Part shown: positions 1-9,168 of the stretch, one piece after another
Position numbering within the stretch: position 1 is the first letter of the stretch
Layout of the letters: the number at the start of each line of letters is the position of its first letter
Origin: an uncultured Methanosarcinales archaeon
GTDB taxonomy: Archaea > Nanobdellota > Nanobdellia > Woesearchaeales > GCA-2686295
Reading direction: 5' to 3'
Length of the DNA: 25,473 nt
NCBI GenBank assembly: GCA_964402995.1
Contig: CAYOEA010000007.1
Location: 78,300-103,772, forward strand
The notes under the pieces: generated by a model
Told to the model about the DNA's origin: nothing
The model's database searches: none
The model's input: only the letters and a program-made list of their open reading frames with translations
Position numbers and translations under genes: made by a program

Positions 1-39
1 AAAGAAGAAGCAAAAGCAGAAGCTCCTAAAAAAGAATAA
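1..39 (+). CDS. 3' end of an upstream CDS (partial, K/E/A-rich C-terminus ...KEEAKAEAPKKE*)
   Basis: Open frame from the window edge to TAA at 37-39. Only 12 codons are visible, so the product is unknown. Confidence 0.3.
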   Translation, partial: KEEAKAEAPKKE

Positions 40-62
40 TTTTATTCTTTACTTTAATTTTT

Positions 63-266
63 TTAATTCAATTTATTCTGATTTTTTAAAACTGTTTTTA
101 GAAGTAATTTATTTTGTTCTGATAATTCATCAATCTTTTCTTGTTTTCTAACTATTTCATCTTCTAATGTGGAAATTATTTTTTCATAATCCTTCGCAGG
201 TTTGCACAAAACAAATTGTTTTTGCTCACTAGAAGTTTTACTTTTATGGGATTTTGGAATAGACAT
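63..266 (-). CDS. small hypothetical coiled-coil protein (67 aa)
   Basis: Intact ORF in the track. The sense strand is A-rich and K/E-rich like the other genes. It is convergent with the upstream partial CDS and separated from it by a T-rich spacer. No recognisable family. Confidence 0.4.
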   Translation of the reverse strand: MSIPKSHKSKTSSEQKQFVLCKPAKDYEKIISTLEDEIVRKQEKIDELSEQNKLLLKTVLKNQNKLN

Positions 267-356
267 ATTAATTATTTTAACTTATTAGATTTTTTAAAGT
301 TTATGTAAAATCAAGAGTTTAATAGAACATTCCGCTCAATTAAAATAATAAAAAGA

Positions 357-397
357 TTTATATATTATTATCGAGAATTTAAGACTCTAGGTGAGGG
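357..397 (+). promoter_or_regulatory. archaeal BRE/TATA-like box (tttatatatt at 357-366) plus GGTGAGGG ribosome-binding site (390-397) for the downstream secreted-protein gene
   Basis: TATA-like octamer preceded by an A-rich BRE-like run, about 47 nt before the ATG at 408. A Shine-Dalgarno-like GGTGAGGG lies 10 nt before that ATG. Confidence 0.4.
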
Positions 398-407
398 TTT
401 GAAAACT

Positions 408-2333
408 ATGAAAATTATACTTCGTTTCTTGATTTTATCTTTAATGGTAATTTTAATCACAAGTTTAGTTAGTGCTCAGTGTGTGCCTGATGGTGATTCT
501 TGTGGTGAAGAAACTAACCCTTGTTGTTCTGGACCTTTAAATTGTAACGAAGATTATTCAAGTGGAACATTCTGTGTTTCCGATAGTAGTAGTTGTATTC
601 ATGCAGGAATCGAATATACAAATCAAGAACCTGGACCTGAATGCTTTGATTTTGGTGCAAATGGGATTCCTGGAGAACAACTTACTTGTAATGATGGTAC
701 TTGGTCTCAGTATGCTTGTGGCTTTACCAATAGTTGCAGTACTAACTTATGTACTCAAATTAAAGAAGCTAATGCCTGTCAAAATGGTAATCCTTCAACT
801 TGCCTTGAAGGCGGAGCAGGCTTGATTAATACAAATGCAGCAGATGAAGAATATTGTCTTAATGGAGAATTATTTACTTGCGATGCAACACATCCTTTTT
901 CTTGTATAAGTGGAACATACATTGATGATGCAGATCTTAATAGATATATTTGTGAATGCGCTTTTGATGATATCCAATCTATTTGTAATATAGATGATGA
1001 AGTTGGTTGCTGGGACGCAGGCGAAAGCAAATGTTGCGGTGATGACTTACTTGAAGATAATTGGATTGGAATAAATGGTTTTTGTAATGAGGGCGAATGG
1101 AAAATAGGATCACCACCAAATATTCCTTTTGATCTTTCTCAAAGTCCAGGAGCAGAAAGCAGTCCAACAACTAACAAAAACCCATCTTTATTTTTTAATA
1201 TTTCATCTGATGATACTAAAGATATTGGTTATAGAATTCAAATTGATAACGACGCATATTTTCCTTCACCTTTAATTGATTATCAAGAATTACGAGATGG
1301 GAATGGCCCATATCATATTAATTATACTTTACCTTATTATTGGGAACTTCCTGATGGTTTATATTATTGGAGAGTTCTAGCTTATGATGAAGATGGTGCA
1401 AGTTCTCCTTGGAAAGAATATGCAACTCAAGCAGTAGTTGATTTCCAAGTTGCTAATATTCCTGAAAACATAACTCATAATCCTCTAGACTATTCTGGTT
1501 GTTGGGGAGTAACTTTGTGCGGAGAAAACTTTACTTGCGGAATTTATGATGATGTTTGTGTAAATGACTTTTTTACTCCAAGTACAGAAGCTTCTTGTAA
1601 TAAAAACTTCGGAGATGCTTATTATAATTATTTCAAATGTTTAGATCCTGATTGCGATCGAGGAACTTGTTTTTATGGAGTTGTAAATTCTCTTGATTCA
1701 AATAATCAACCTATCGAAAATGCAGTTGTTACTTATGAACAAGATGTATCTGATGGTGATAAAAAAGTAACTCTTACTAATGAAACTATTTCAAATGCAA
1801 GTGGACAATATCGTTTAGATGTGCATCCCGGTAATGGAATTTTCATTATGGCTGATGCGCCAGGTTACGCACCTACTCTTGCAGGACCATTTTATAATGT
1901 TGTTAGTGGTTGTCAAGAATTTAATTTAACACTTGCAAATGGAACTTGTCAACCTGATTGTACTAAACAAGGTAGTAAATATTGTTCAAAAACTTGTCAA
2001 GGTGAAGGTTCTGCAGCAGGTCTTTGCGAATATGGTACAAACACAACTTACGATACTGGAGAAGGAGCGGGAACAATTACTATTATAGCACCTTACAAAG
2101 CTTGTACTACTATTGGAATTCAAAAAGACAGTTATGCACAATTAGGAAACTTTTCTGGCGATGATGGCATTGATCAATGTGTTAAAGCAAAATGTTGTGA
2201 TGGAATTCCTTTCCATGTTCCTTGTCCAACAACTGATAATATTAGCATTAATATTAAAGATGCAATTAAAATCACTAAGATTGCTAAAAATAAAGGTGAA
2301 ACTTTCAGAATCAAACTTTATTATTGGGACTGA
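408..2333 (+). CDS. large secreted cysteine-rich surface protein, candidate adhesin
   Basis: The ORF track starts at TTG 399. ATG 408 with the upstream GGTGA RBS is the more likely start and gives the N-terminus MKIILRFLILSLMVILITSLVSA|Q, a typical Sec signal peptide. The first roughly 220 residues carry more than 40 Cys in repeated CxxC/CC patterns. The middle region has the motif YYWRVLAYDEDGASSPWKEY, typical of Fn3/Ig-like beta-sandwich domains. The segment GVVNSLDSNNQPIENAVVTY...TLTNETISNASGQYRL...PGNGIFIMADAPGY matches the carboxypeptidase-regulatory-like (CarboxypepD_reg) pattern. The C-terminus is Cys-rich again. Confidence 0.85.
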   Translation: MKIILRFLILSLMVILITSLVSAQCVPDGDSCGEETNPCCSGPLNCNEDYSSGTFCVSDSSSCIHAGIEYTNQEPGPECFDFGANGIPGEQLTCNDGTWSQYACGFTNSCSTNLCTQIKEANACQNGNPSTCLEGGAGLINTNAADEEYCLNGELFTCDATHPFSCISGTYIDDADLNRYICECAFDDIQSICNIDDEVGCWDAGESKCCGDDLLEDNWIGINGFCNEGEWKIGSPPNIPFDLSQSPGAESSPTTNKNPSLFFNISSDDTKDIGYRIQIDNDAYFPSPLIDYQELRDGNGPYHINYTLPYYWELPDGLYYWRVLAYDEDGASSPWKEYATQAVVDFQVANIPENITHNPLDYSGCWGVTLCGENFTCGIYDDVCVNDFFTPSTEASCNKNFGDAYYNYFKCLDPDCDRGTCFYGVVNSLDSNNQPIENAVVTYEQDVSDGDKKVTLTNETISNASGQYRLDVHPGNGIFIMADAPGYAPTLAGPFYNVVSGCQEFNLTLANGTCQPDCTKQGSKYCSKTCQGEGSAAGLCEYGTNTTYDTGEGAGTITIIAPYKACTTIGIQKDSYAQLGNFSGDDGIDQCVKAKCCDGIPFHVPCPTTDNISINIKDAIKITKIAKNKGETFRIKLYYWD

Positions 2334-2432
2334 TTAATTTCTAAACTTTTTAAATTTTAAATTAAGAAACTAGTTAAATTTAGACTTAAATCTTCGAAAA
2401 GTTTTTATTCTTTAACTGTCAAGTTTCTCTTG

Positions 2433-2930
2433 ATGGGAAAAAGAGGCTCATATTTTTTCGTACTAGATGCGATTATTGCAAGTATGATTATAGTTACTAC
2501 TATATTAATTATTAACAATTCAAATTTCTACCAACCTGAAACAAGACAAACATTTCTAATTGCTAATGATATAATGGACCTTATGGTCGACACCAGCATA
2601 AAAGATTACAGAAATGATTATATCAATTTTTTATTTGAATCTAATATTATTGAAGATTATGATCAATCCATTGCAGATCAAATTGCAATGTTTCATTATA
2701 GTGGTGATAACGACTATGCAACCAATCTTACTAAAAACGTTATTGAAGAACTTTTATTAGAACAATATGGTATAAGTTATTCTATTGACGATACAATAAT
2801 ATATAGTCGAACAACTGATAGAATAAATAATTCAAACTTTGTTTTAACATCTAAAAGAATAATCTTTGTTTCAACTAATGAAACAGTTTTTTATGGACCT
2901 GACATTGGGGAGTTAAAAATATGGGCTTAA
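2433..2930 (+). CDS. N-terminally anchored protein, possible pilin-like/pseudopilin (hypothetical)
   Basis: The track starts at TTG 2430; ATG 2433 gives MGKRG-SYFFVLDAIIASMIIVTTILII. This is a short basic leader, then Gly, then a roughly 22-residue hydrophobic helix, which resembles a class III signal. Ser at +1 is not canonical. It overlaps the next ORF by 10 nt (translational coupling). Confidence 0.6.
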   Translation: MGKRGSYFFVLDAIIASMIIVTTILIINNSNFYQPETRQTFLIANDIMDLMVDTSIKDYRNDYINFLFESNIIEDYDQSIADQIAMFHYSGDNDYATNLTKNVIEELLLEQYGISYSIDDTIIYSRTTDRINNSNFVLTSKRIIFVSTNETVFYGPDIGELKIWA

Positions 2931-3949
2931 TGATGAAAAGTAAAAAAGCAATAGTATTTATTTTCATTTCAATAGTTATTGCTGGACTTCTTACAACTAT
3001 TTATGCAACTTATCAAGTTACTCCGCTTGATCACAATGTTAAATTTGATGAAATAAGAGTAAAAGCCATGAATGATTATCTTGAAACTTTAATTGATTAC
3101 TCAAAAACCAGTCTTAGAGTTTCAGGTTATCAAACACTTAGAGGTATGGTTGAATTTATTTATCAAAATGATTCATTTTTTTTACATGAACCTGACATCA
3201 AAGCATCTTTTGTTGAGTGTATATTAAATGGCAGCTTAAGAGATAATGATGTTGATTGTCCTTATATGGAAAATAGAACTATAATTGATATGATGGCTAA
3301 CGCAGTTAGTTTATCTGAGGAATTTGGCTATAATGAGACTAGCATAACAATCAACAGCTTATCTATTGATCAAACTAAACCATTTGCACTTACTGCAACT
3401 ATGGACATCTCCATTCATCTAAAGAATCAAGATATAAATTGGGATGTTGATAAGACAATAATTACAGACATTAGTATTACTGGAATTAAAGATCCTTTGT
3501 ACTATGATTTACCTTACAATAATACTTTTCTTGAAAGTGATGGCATTCAAGGAGATTTTGAGTATGAAGACTTTACTACATTTGCCAATGAAAGCGCATA
3601 TATTGTATCTCAAACAGGTCTTAATTTTCAATTTAACATTTATGGTGCAAGTTTCAAACCTCGTAGTTTTTTTGGCAGACTTGCAAATAGTACAACTGTA
3701 AAAGCATACCCAGAATTAACTATCATTTCAGTTCTTACGCCTGAAAAACTAGAAGATGCAGGTATTGCTATCGAAGATCAACTTCTAAACAAATCTTATG
3801 TTGATTTCCTTTATCATAAAGAATTCCGTGACTGTGAGATAATGAGAACAGTAATTAATGATAGTACTGAAACTAGAATTGATAGGTATCATGCAACTCA
3901 AACATTTGGTTTTCCAGCAGAAGAATTAAACCAAGTAATGTGTAATTAA
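2921..3949 (+). CDS. N-terminally anchored extracellular protein, possible pilus accessory/minor pilin (hypothetical)
   Basis: 342-aa ORF. An alternative start at ATG 2930 overlaps the upstream stop as TAATG and gives MMKSKKA-IVFIFISIVIAGLLTTIYA. That is a basic leader, then Ala, then a hydrophobic helix (class-III-like). The rest is hydrophilic and N/D/T-rich, consistent with an extracellular domain. Confidence 0.65.
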   Translation: MGLMMKSKKAIVFIFISIVIAGLLTTIYATYQVTPLDHNVKFDEIRVKAMNDYLETLIDYSKTSLRVSGYQTLRGMVEFIYQNDSFFLHEPDIKASFVECILNGSLRDNDVDCPYMENRTIIDMMANAVSLSEEFGYNETSITINSLSIDQTKPFALTATMDISIHLKNQDINWDVDKTIITDISITGIKDPLYYDLPYNNTFLESDGIQGDFEYEDFTTFANESAYIVSQTGLNFQFNIYGASFKPRSFFGRLANSTTVKAYPELTIISVLTPEKLEDAGIAIEDQLLNKSYVDFLYHKEFRDCEIMRTVINDSTETRIDRYHATQTFGFPAEELNQVMCN

Positions 3950-4045
3950 CAAGAATAATTTTATCTTCTTAAAAGAATACTTGTCGACTAACTACTATCT
4001 AATAATGAACAAATTTTATATAGTGAGAAAGTGTAAAAACTCATA

Positions 4046-4510
4046 ATGGTAGATAACACTATAACAACAACTGTAGATTCTCTTATAGATCTTCTTCAAA
4101 CAGTTGATAAAATAGAGCTTGAAAAAGCTGCAAAACAGTTAGATTTACCAGTATCAGTTGTTCAATCATGGGTTGATTTTCTTGTTGAAGAAAAAATGCT
4201 TGGATTAGAATATAAATTCACAACTCCGTATATTTATCTTAACAAAAAAACAGAAATAAAAGCAACTGTTGAAGAAAAGGAACAAGATAAATCACTTGAA
4301 GAATTCAAACAAGATTTCGAACAAAGAGCAGAAGATAATAAAATTTCAAAGAATAAATCAGGTGCACTTTGGCAAAATCACTTACTAGAAAAATTAGATA
4401 AAAAGAAAGATTTCTTTTTTCAAGAAGCAAGAAAAAGAGGATTTTTCAATCCAGAAGATTTATGGAGGGAATACCGTGCTAATATGGTAAGAATGTACCA
4501 TGGATCTTGA
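4046..4510 (+). CDS. small acidic protein with winged-helix-like N-terminal segment (hypothetical), first gene of the pilus-assembly operon
   Basis: 154-aa ORF. The N-terminal segment IELEKAAKQLDLPVSVVQSWVDFLVEEKMLGLEY has a helix-turn-helix/wing pattern. The C-terminus is K/E-rich. It overlaps the next gene by 11 nt (ATGGATCTTGA). Confidence 0.7.
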   Translation: MVDNTITTTVDSLIDLLQTVDKIELEKAAKQLDLPVSVVQSWVDFLVEEKMLGLEYKFTTPYIYLNKKTEIKATVEEKEQDKSLEEFKQDFEQRAEDNKISKNKSGALWQNHLLEKLDKKKDFFFQEARKRGFFNPEDLWREYRANMVRMYHGS

Positions 4511-5765
4511 TAGATTTATTGAAAAGGACATCATTGAATTCTTAGAAAAAAAAGCTTCAAATAAACAAAGTAAGATTGCAGAACTTGAAGAGCTTGAAAC
4601 TGAAAAAAGCTTTACTCCAAAAAAGAACTTTGGAAATCTGTTAGAACAAGCTCTAGCAGCTAACCAAGTTAATGATGCAAGAAGAGTTTTTGATGAAGCT
4701 CAAAAAGAATTAGAAAACGCATTAACTGATAAAGATAGAGAAGGTTATAATTCTTTAGTTGAAGAATTGTACACTAAAATTCAACAATTTTCAAAACAAG
4801 AAAAAAATAAACCAATATTAAATCAACAAAATAAAGAATTTGAATCAAATAAAAATCAAACTAATTCTCAAAATACAAAATCATCAAAAAAAGAAACTAG
4901 TAATGAATCAAAAAAAGAAACTAAAGAACAAAATCTTTCACTTGAAGCTAAAGACAAAATAAAAGTTAGAAGTCAAATTAAACAAACAGCAATTAGAATT
5001 TCTGATTACTTAAGAAAACATAATCTTAAAGCAGCTATGAATGAATATAAATTAATGAAAAAATATTTTGCATTGTATCCTAAAACAGATCATAAAGGTA
5101 AAGACGCGATGTTTAATGATTTAGTTGCAAGTTATTATCAAATAAAAAAACTTGAAGAAGAAACTAAAAACGAAGTAACAGAAAAAGATATTGCACAAAA
5201 AAAAGAATTAGAAGAAAAGCTTGAAGATATTAAACATAAAACACTTTACATATCAAAAAAAATTAAAGTATTTTTAGGAGCAGAAGATTACACAAAAGCT
5301 GCTGAAAACTATGAACAACTTAAAGAACTATTTATTTTAATGCCAAAAAATGCTAAAAAAGAAAGAAAACTACTTTACAATCATGTTCTGAAAGTTTACA
5401 ATGGTATTAAGTCAAAACTTGAATTAGAAAAGAAAAAAAATCCTGAATTAAAAATCTCTGCAGATTTATTAGACAAACCAAGTAGTGAAACAATAAACAA
5501 AACAGAAGAAGAAAAAAACACTGATGGGAATTTTGCAAAACAAGGCATGAAATTGAAATCAGAAATAAAAGAAATTATTTCTCTAATGAAACAAAAAGAT
5601 ATTCATCAAGCAAATCTAAAACTCATGGAAGTAAAACACGAAGTTGAATCTTTAACTGATAACAAAAAATATAAAAAAGAACAATTTGAACATGTACTAA
5701 GTGAGATTTCACATCGTATTAATTTTTTAAAACATTCAATGGAGATTAAAGAAAATGTCAGATAA
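4500..5765 (+). CDS. K/E-rich alpha-helical repeat protein (hypothetical pilus accessory)
   Basis: 421 aa. It has four internal ~40-aa repeats of the pattern A-x3-[YF]-x2-[LA]-x3-[FL]-x2-[LY]-P...K..L[YF]N.[LV]...Y, for example AAMNEYKLMKKYFALYP...MFNDLVASYY and AAENYEQLKELFILMP...LYNHVLKVY. These are TPR-like helical hairpins. It is translationally coupled to the upstream gene and lies directly upstream of the ATPase. Confidence 0.75.
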   Translation: MDLDRFIEKDIIEFLEKKASNKQSKIAELEELETEKSFTPKKNFGNLLEQALAANQVNDARRVFDEAQKELENALTDKDREGYNSLVEELYTKIQQFSKQEKNKPILNQQNKEFESNKNQTNSQNTKSSKKETSNESKKETKEQNLSLEAKDKIKVRSQIKQTAIRISDYLRKHNLKAAMNEYKLMKKYFALYPKTDHKGKDAMFNDLVASYYQIKKLEEETKNEVTEKDIAQKKELEEKLEDIKHKTLYISKKIKVFLGAEDYTKAAENYEQLKELFILMPKNAKKERKLLYNHVLKVYNGIKSKLELEKKKNPELKISADLLDKPSSETINKTEEEKNTDGNFAKQGMKLKSEIKEIISLMKQKDIHQANLKLMEVKHEVESLTDNKKYKKEQFEHVLSEISHRINFLKHSMEIKENVR

Positions 5766-5813
5766 TAAAAATGAAGTTTTTGAGATCCTCCAAAAATCAG
5801 AAGGTGATTTTTG

Positions 5814-7283
5814 ATGGATGAAAATTCAAGGTCAAGAGAAACAGTAATTGATAATTATGCAATTACTATTAATTACATCGAAGTTGATATTAAAATAACT
5901 GTTTGTGATGACAAACCAGTCCCACAATACATCGCATCTATAACAAACATTAGTGAAACCACTAAACTAATTCTAGAAAAAATTAGACAAGAATTTGTAA
6001 CAAAAGTCGACATAGAACAAGTTGATGAATCAGAAAATAAAGATGCTTCAGATATTAGAGGAAGATTTGAAAGTGAGATTAGAAAATTAATCCACAAATA
6101 TTTCCCAAGAACTGATACTAAAACTATGAACATGCTTACTAATTATTTAATTGAAGAAAATTTAGGTCTTGGAAAGATCGAAATTCTTCTTAATGATAAT
6201 AATTTAGAAGAGATTGTAATTAACAATCATAATGAAACTGTTTGGGCTTATCATAAAAAACATGGTTGGACTCAAACAAACATTAACGTTCCAACTGAAG
6301 CTAGAATTAGACATTATGCAACTATGATTGGCCGTGATGTTGGTAAAGAAATTACTACTTTAAATCCTTTAATGGACGCTCACCTTAAGACTGGGGATAG
6401 GGTTAATGCAACTTTAAATCCAATTTCATCAAAAGGAAATACTATTACCATTAGAAAATTCGCAACTGATCCTTGGACTATTACTAAATTCATTGAATCA
6501 GGAACTATCTCTCTTGAAGGTGCAGCTTTAATCTGGCTTGCTATTCAAAACGAATTATCAATACTCGTCGTTGGAGGAACTGGTTCAGGAAAGACATCCA
6601 TGCTTAATGCTTGTTCTAACTTTTTCCCACCTAATCAACGTGTTATTTCAATAGAAGATACTAGAGAATTAGTTTTACCTAATAATCTTCACTGGGTTCC
6701 GCTTGAGACTCGTCTTCCAAACCCAGAAGGAAAAGGTGGAGTTTCTATGCTTGACTTAGTTGTTAACAGTTTACGTATGAGACCTGATAGAATTCTTGTT
6801 GGGGAAATTAGACGTAAAAAAGAAGCTGAAGTTTTACTAGAAGCTACAATCACAGGTCACTCAGTATATGGTACATTTCACGCAAATAATGCAGAAGAAG
6901 CTATTATGAGACTTACTAATCCGCCTATTGACATTCCTAAACGAATGGTTGGTGCTTTAGGTTTACTGCTTGTTCAGAATAGAAATAGAAGAACTGGAAA
7001 AAGAAGAACATTACAAATTGCAGAAATTCTACCTGATGGAGAAGTTAATGTTATCATGCAACTTAATCCTAAAGTTGATAAACTTTCAAAAATGAACGAA
7101 TCAATTACCATGATGAAAACTCTTGAACTTTACACTGGTATGAGTAAAGAAGAGATTGCGACTGACTTAAAACAAAAAATGTATATTCTTAATTGGATGA
7201 TTAAAAATAAGATTGAAGATGTAAATAAAGTGGGGAAATTAATGGCCAAATATTATATGGGCCGTCTTAAACTTGAAAAATGA
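5814..7283 (+). CDS. type IV pilus/secretion assembly ATPase, FlaI/ArlI-PilB/TadA (T2SSE) family
   Basis: Walker A is LVVGGTGSGKTS, the Asp/Walker B box is DRILVGEIR, and the His box is GHSVYGTFHAN. The N-terminal domain has the archaeal FlaI-like pattern (NYAITINYIEVD...PVPQYIAS...). ATG 5814 is preceded by AGGTGA; the ORF track starts at TTG 5811. Confidence 0.95.
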   Translation: MDENSRSRETVIDNYAITINYIEVDIKITVCDDKPVPQYIASITNISETTKLILEKIRQEFVTKVDIEQVDESENKDASDIRGRFESEIRKLIHKYFPRTDTKTMNMLTNYLIEENLGLGKIEILLNDNNLEEIVINNHNETVWAYHKKHGWTQTNINVPTEARIRHYATMIGRDVGKEITTLNPLMDAHLKTGDRVNATLNPISSKGNTITIRKFATDPWTITKFIESGTISLEGAALIWLAIQNELSILVVGGTGSGKTSMLNACSNFFPPNQRVISIEDTRELVLPNNLHWVPLETRLPNPEGKGGVSMLDLVVNSLRMRPDRILVGEIRRKKEAEVLLEATITGHSVYGTFHANNAEEAIMRLTNPPIDIPKRMVGALGLLLVQNRNRRTGKRRTLQIAEILPDGEVNVIMQLNPKVDKLSKMNESITMMKTLELYTGMSKEEIATDLKQKMYILNWMIKNKIEDVNKVGKLMAKYYMGRLKLEK

Positions 7284-8125
7284 GCCTAAATAGTTTATTC
7301 AATAGTATATCTCTTGATGCTATTGCTAAAAGGATTGCCCACCATGATAAAAATATCAGCAAAAAACTTTGGATTGCTAGAATTAACAAAAAATCTTCAG
7401 ATTACATTAAAGAAAAACTTAGATCAGCTTTATTTGCAGCATCAGCAATTGCAATATTAACATTTTTCCTTGTTGATAAAATGGGTGAATCTTACATATT
7501 TATACCTATTGTATTTGCAGTCTGTGGATTTATGTTCTACAATATGCTTATTCGTCAAGTTGACTCAGAAGTTTCTAAAAGAGCTAAAAATATTGACAAA
7601 GAAGTTTTATTCGCAGGCAGATTCTTACTTGTAAAACTTAATTCAGGAAAACCTCTTATTAACGCTTTAATTGAAGCTTCTGAAAGTTACGGTGTTGCTA
7701 ACCAATATTTCAAATCTATTGTACATGAAATATCTAGTGGAACTCCTCTTGAAGAATCTTTAGAAAAAGCAGTTAAATATTGTCCATCTGATAAGATGAA
7801 AAGGATTTTATTTCAAATTAACAACTCTTTAAGAATTGGTATGGATGTTACTGAATCTCTTGACGCAACTCTTGATCAAATCACTAACGAACAACTTGTT
7901 GAAATTCAAAAATATGGTAAAAAATTAAGTTCAGTTACTATGTTTTATATGCTTGGAGCGGTTGTTATGCCATCATTAGGACTCACTATTTTTGTAATAA
8001 TTGCAAGCATGATTAATATTCAAGCAGATTTTACTTTATTTGCACTTATCGCGGTTGTATTAGTAATTATAGAATTTGTTTTCCTTGCAGTATTCAAATC
8101 AATTAGACCTAACGTAAATATTTAG
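7280..8125 (+). CDS. TadC/FlaJ-like polytopic membrane protein (T2SSF-domain half)
   Basis: ATGA overlap with the ATPase gene. It has two N-terminal TM helices, then a cytoplasmic T2SSF-like helical domain (LVKLNSGKPLINALIEASESYGVANQYF...), then two C-terminal TM helices. Confidence 0.85.
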   Translation: MSLNSLFNSISLDAIAKRIAHHDKNISKKLWIARINKKSSDYIKEKLRSALFAASAIAILTFFLVDKMGESYIFIPIVFAVCGFMFYNMLIRQVDSEVSKRAKNIDKEVLFAGRFLLVKLNSGKPLINALIEASESYGVANQYFKSIVHEISSGTPLEESLEKAVKYCPSDKMKRILFQINNSLRIGMDVTESLDATLDQITNEQLVEIQKYGKKLSSVTMFYMLGAVVMPSLGLTIFVIIASMINIQADFTLFALIAVVLVIIEFVFLAVFKSIRPNVNI

Positions 8126-8145
8126 ATTATACTTTAAAAGAAAAA

Positions 8146-9168
8146 ATGGGAGATATACTTTACTTAGAAACATTTGGAAAGGCGTTCATACCTAAAAAAA
8201 TTAGAGTTACACTTAGAGAATATCTTCTAAAAGCAGGTCTTAGTGAAGTTCCATATAAGTTCTTTGGAGGTTTATTTTGGGTAACTTTAGTCATCACATA
8301 CCTTATTTATTTTTCAGCAATTTATAATCCTTTAAGAGAGCTTGGACCTGTTGCAACTTTAGTTGTTACTTTCGTTGCATGGTTTGCAATTCAAAGCGCA
8401 ATGGTTTTTGCAGTTATTATGATGTTTTATTTTTTCTTAAACATTAAAATTTACAATCGTACTATTGTTATTGAAAAAGTTCTTCCTGAATACTTAACGC
8501 TTGTTTCAACCAATCTAAAAGGTGGTCTTTCGTTTGATAAATCTCTTTGGACAGCCATCAGACCTGAATTTGACATTCTTGCAAAAGAAATGACTCTTGC
8601 ATCTAAGAAAGTTTTAACTGGAAGCGATATTGCTGAATCATTATTAGAATTTGGAGCTAAATATGATTCTCCTCAACTTAGAAGAAGTTTAAACTTAATT
8701 GTTAGTGAATTCGAAACAGGAGGAAAAGTTGCTGCAATTATTGATAAAGTTATTGATAACTTAAAGAAAACTGCTATTTTAAAACAAGAAATGGCTGCTG
8801 CAACTGTTACTTACACTATATTCATGACAGCAATTGTTCTATTTATTACACCTGCATTATTTGCTTTAGCACAACAATTATTAGTAATCATCATTGGAGT
8901 TACAAAATCTTTAGCTGCAAGTGGTGGCTCAGTTATGGGCGGTGGCTCGGGCAATACTGGGGCAGGTATTAACCCTAACGACTTCAAAACATTCTCAATG
9001 GTCGCAATTGGTATTATCTCAACGTTTTCATCCATGATCATTTCAATTATTAGTAAAGGAAATGTTAAAGGAGGAGTAAAATACATCCCTGTTTTCATCG
9101 GAGTTGCACTTTTAATCTTTTTATCACTATCAAACGTACTCGCTGGGTTTTTCGGCGGTTTAAATTAG
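8146..9168 (+). CDS. TadC/FlaJ-like polytopic membrane protein (second T2SSF-domain half)
   Basis: Same architecture as the previous gene: TM pair, cytoplasmic T2SSF-like domain (KGGLSFDKSLWTAIRPEFDILAKEMT...), then three further TM helices with a Gly-rich loop. It lies 20 bp downstream of its partner. Confidence 0.85.
   Translation: MGDILYLETFGKAFIPKKIRVTLREYLLKAGLSEVPYKFFGGLFWVTLVITYLIYFSAIYNPLRELGPVATLVVTFVAWFAIQSAMVFAVIMMFYFFLNIKIYNRTIVIEKVLPEYLTLVSTNLKGGLSFDKSLWTAIRPEFDILAKEMTLASKKVLTGSDIAESLLEFGAKYDSPQLRRSLNLIVSEFETGGKVAAIIDKVIDNLKKTAILKQEMAAATVTYTIFMTAIVLFITPALFALAQQLLVIIIGVTKSLAASGGSVMGGGSGNTGAGINPNDFKTFSMVAIGIISTFSSMIISIISKGNVKGGVKYIPVFIGVALLIFLSLSNVLAGFFGGLN

Noticed and set aside
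562-1170. Track ORFs 562-825 (+), 779-1030 (-), 979-1170 (-)
   Set aside because: They are nested in other frames or the antisense of the well-supported 408-2333 secreted-protein gene, with no independent start signals.
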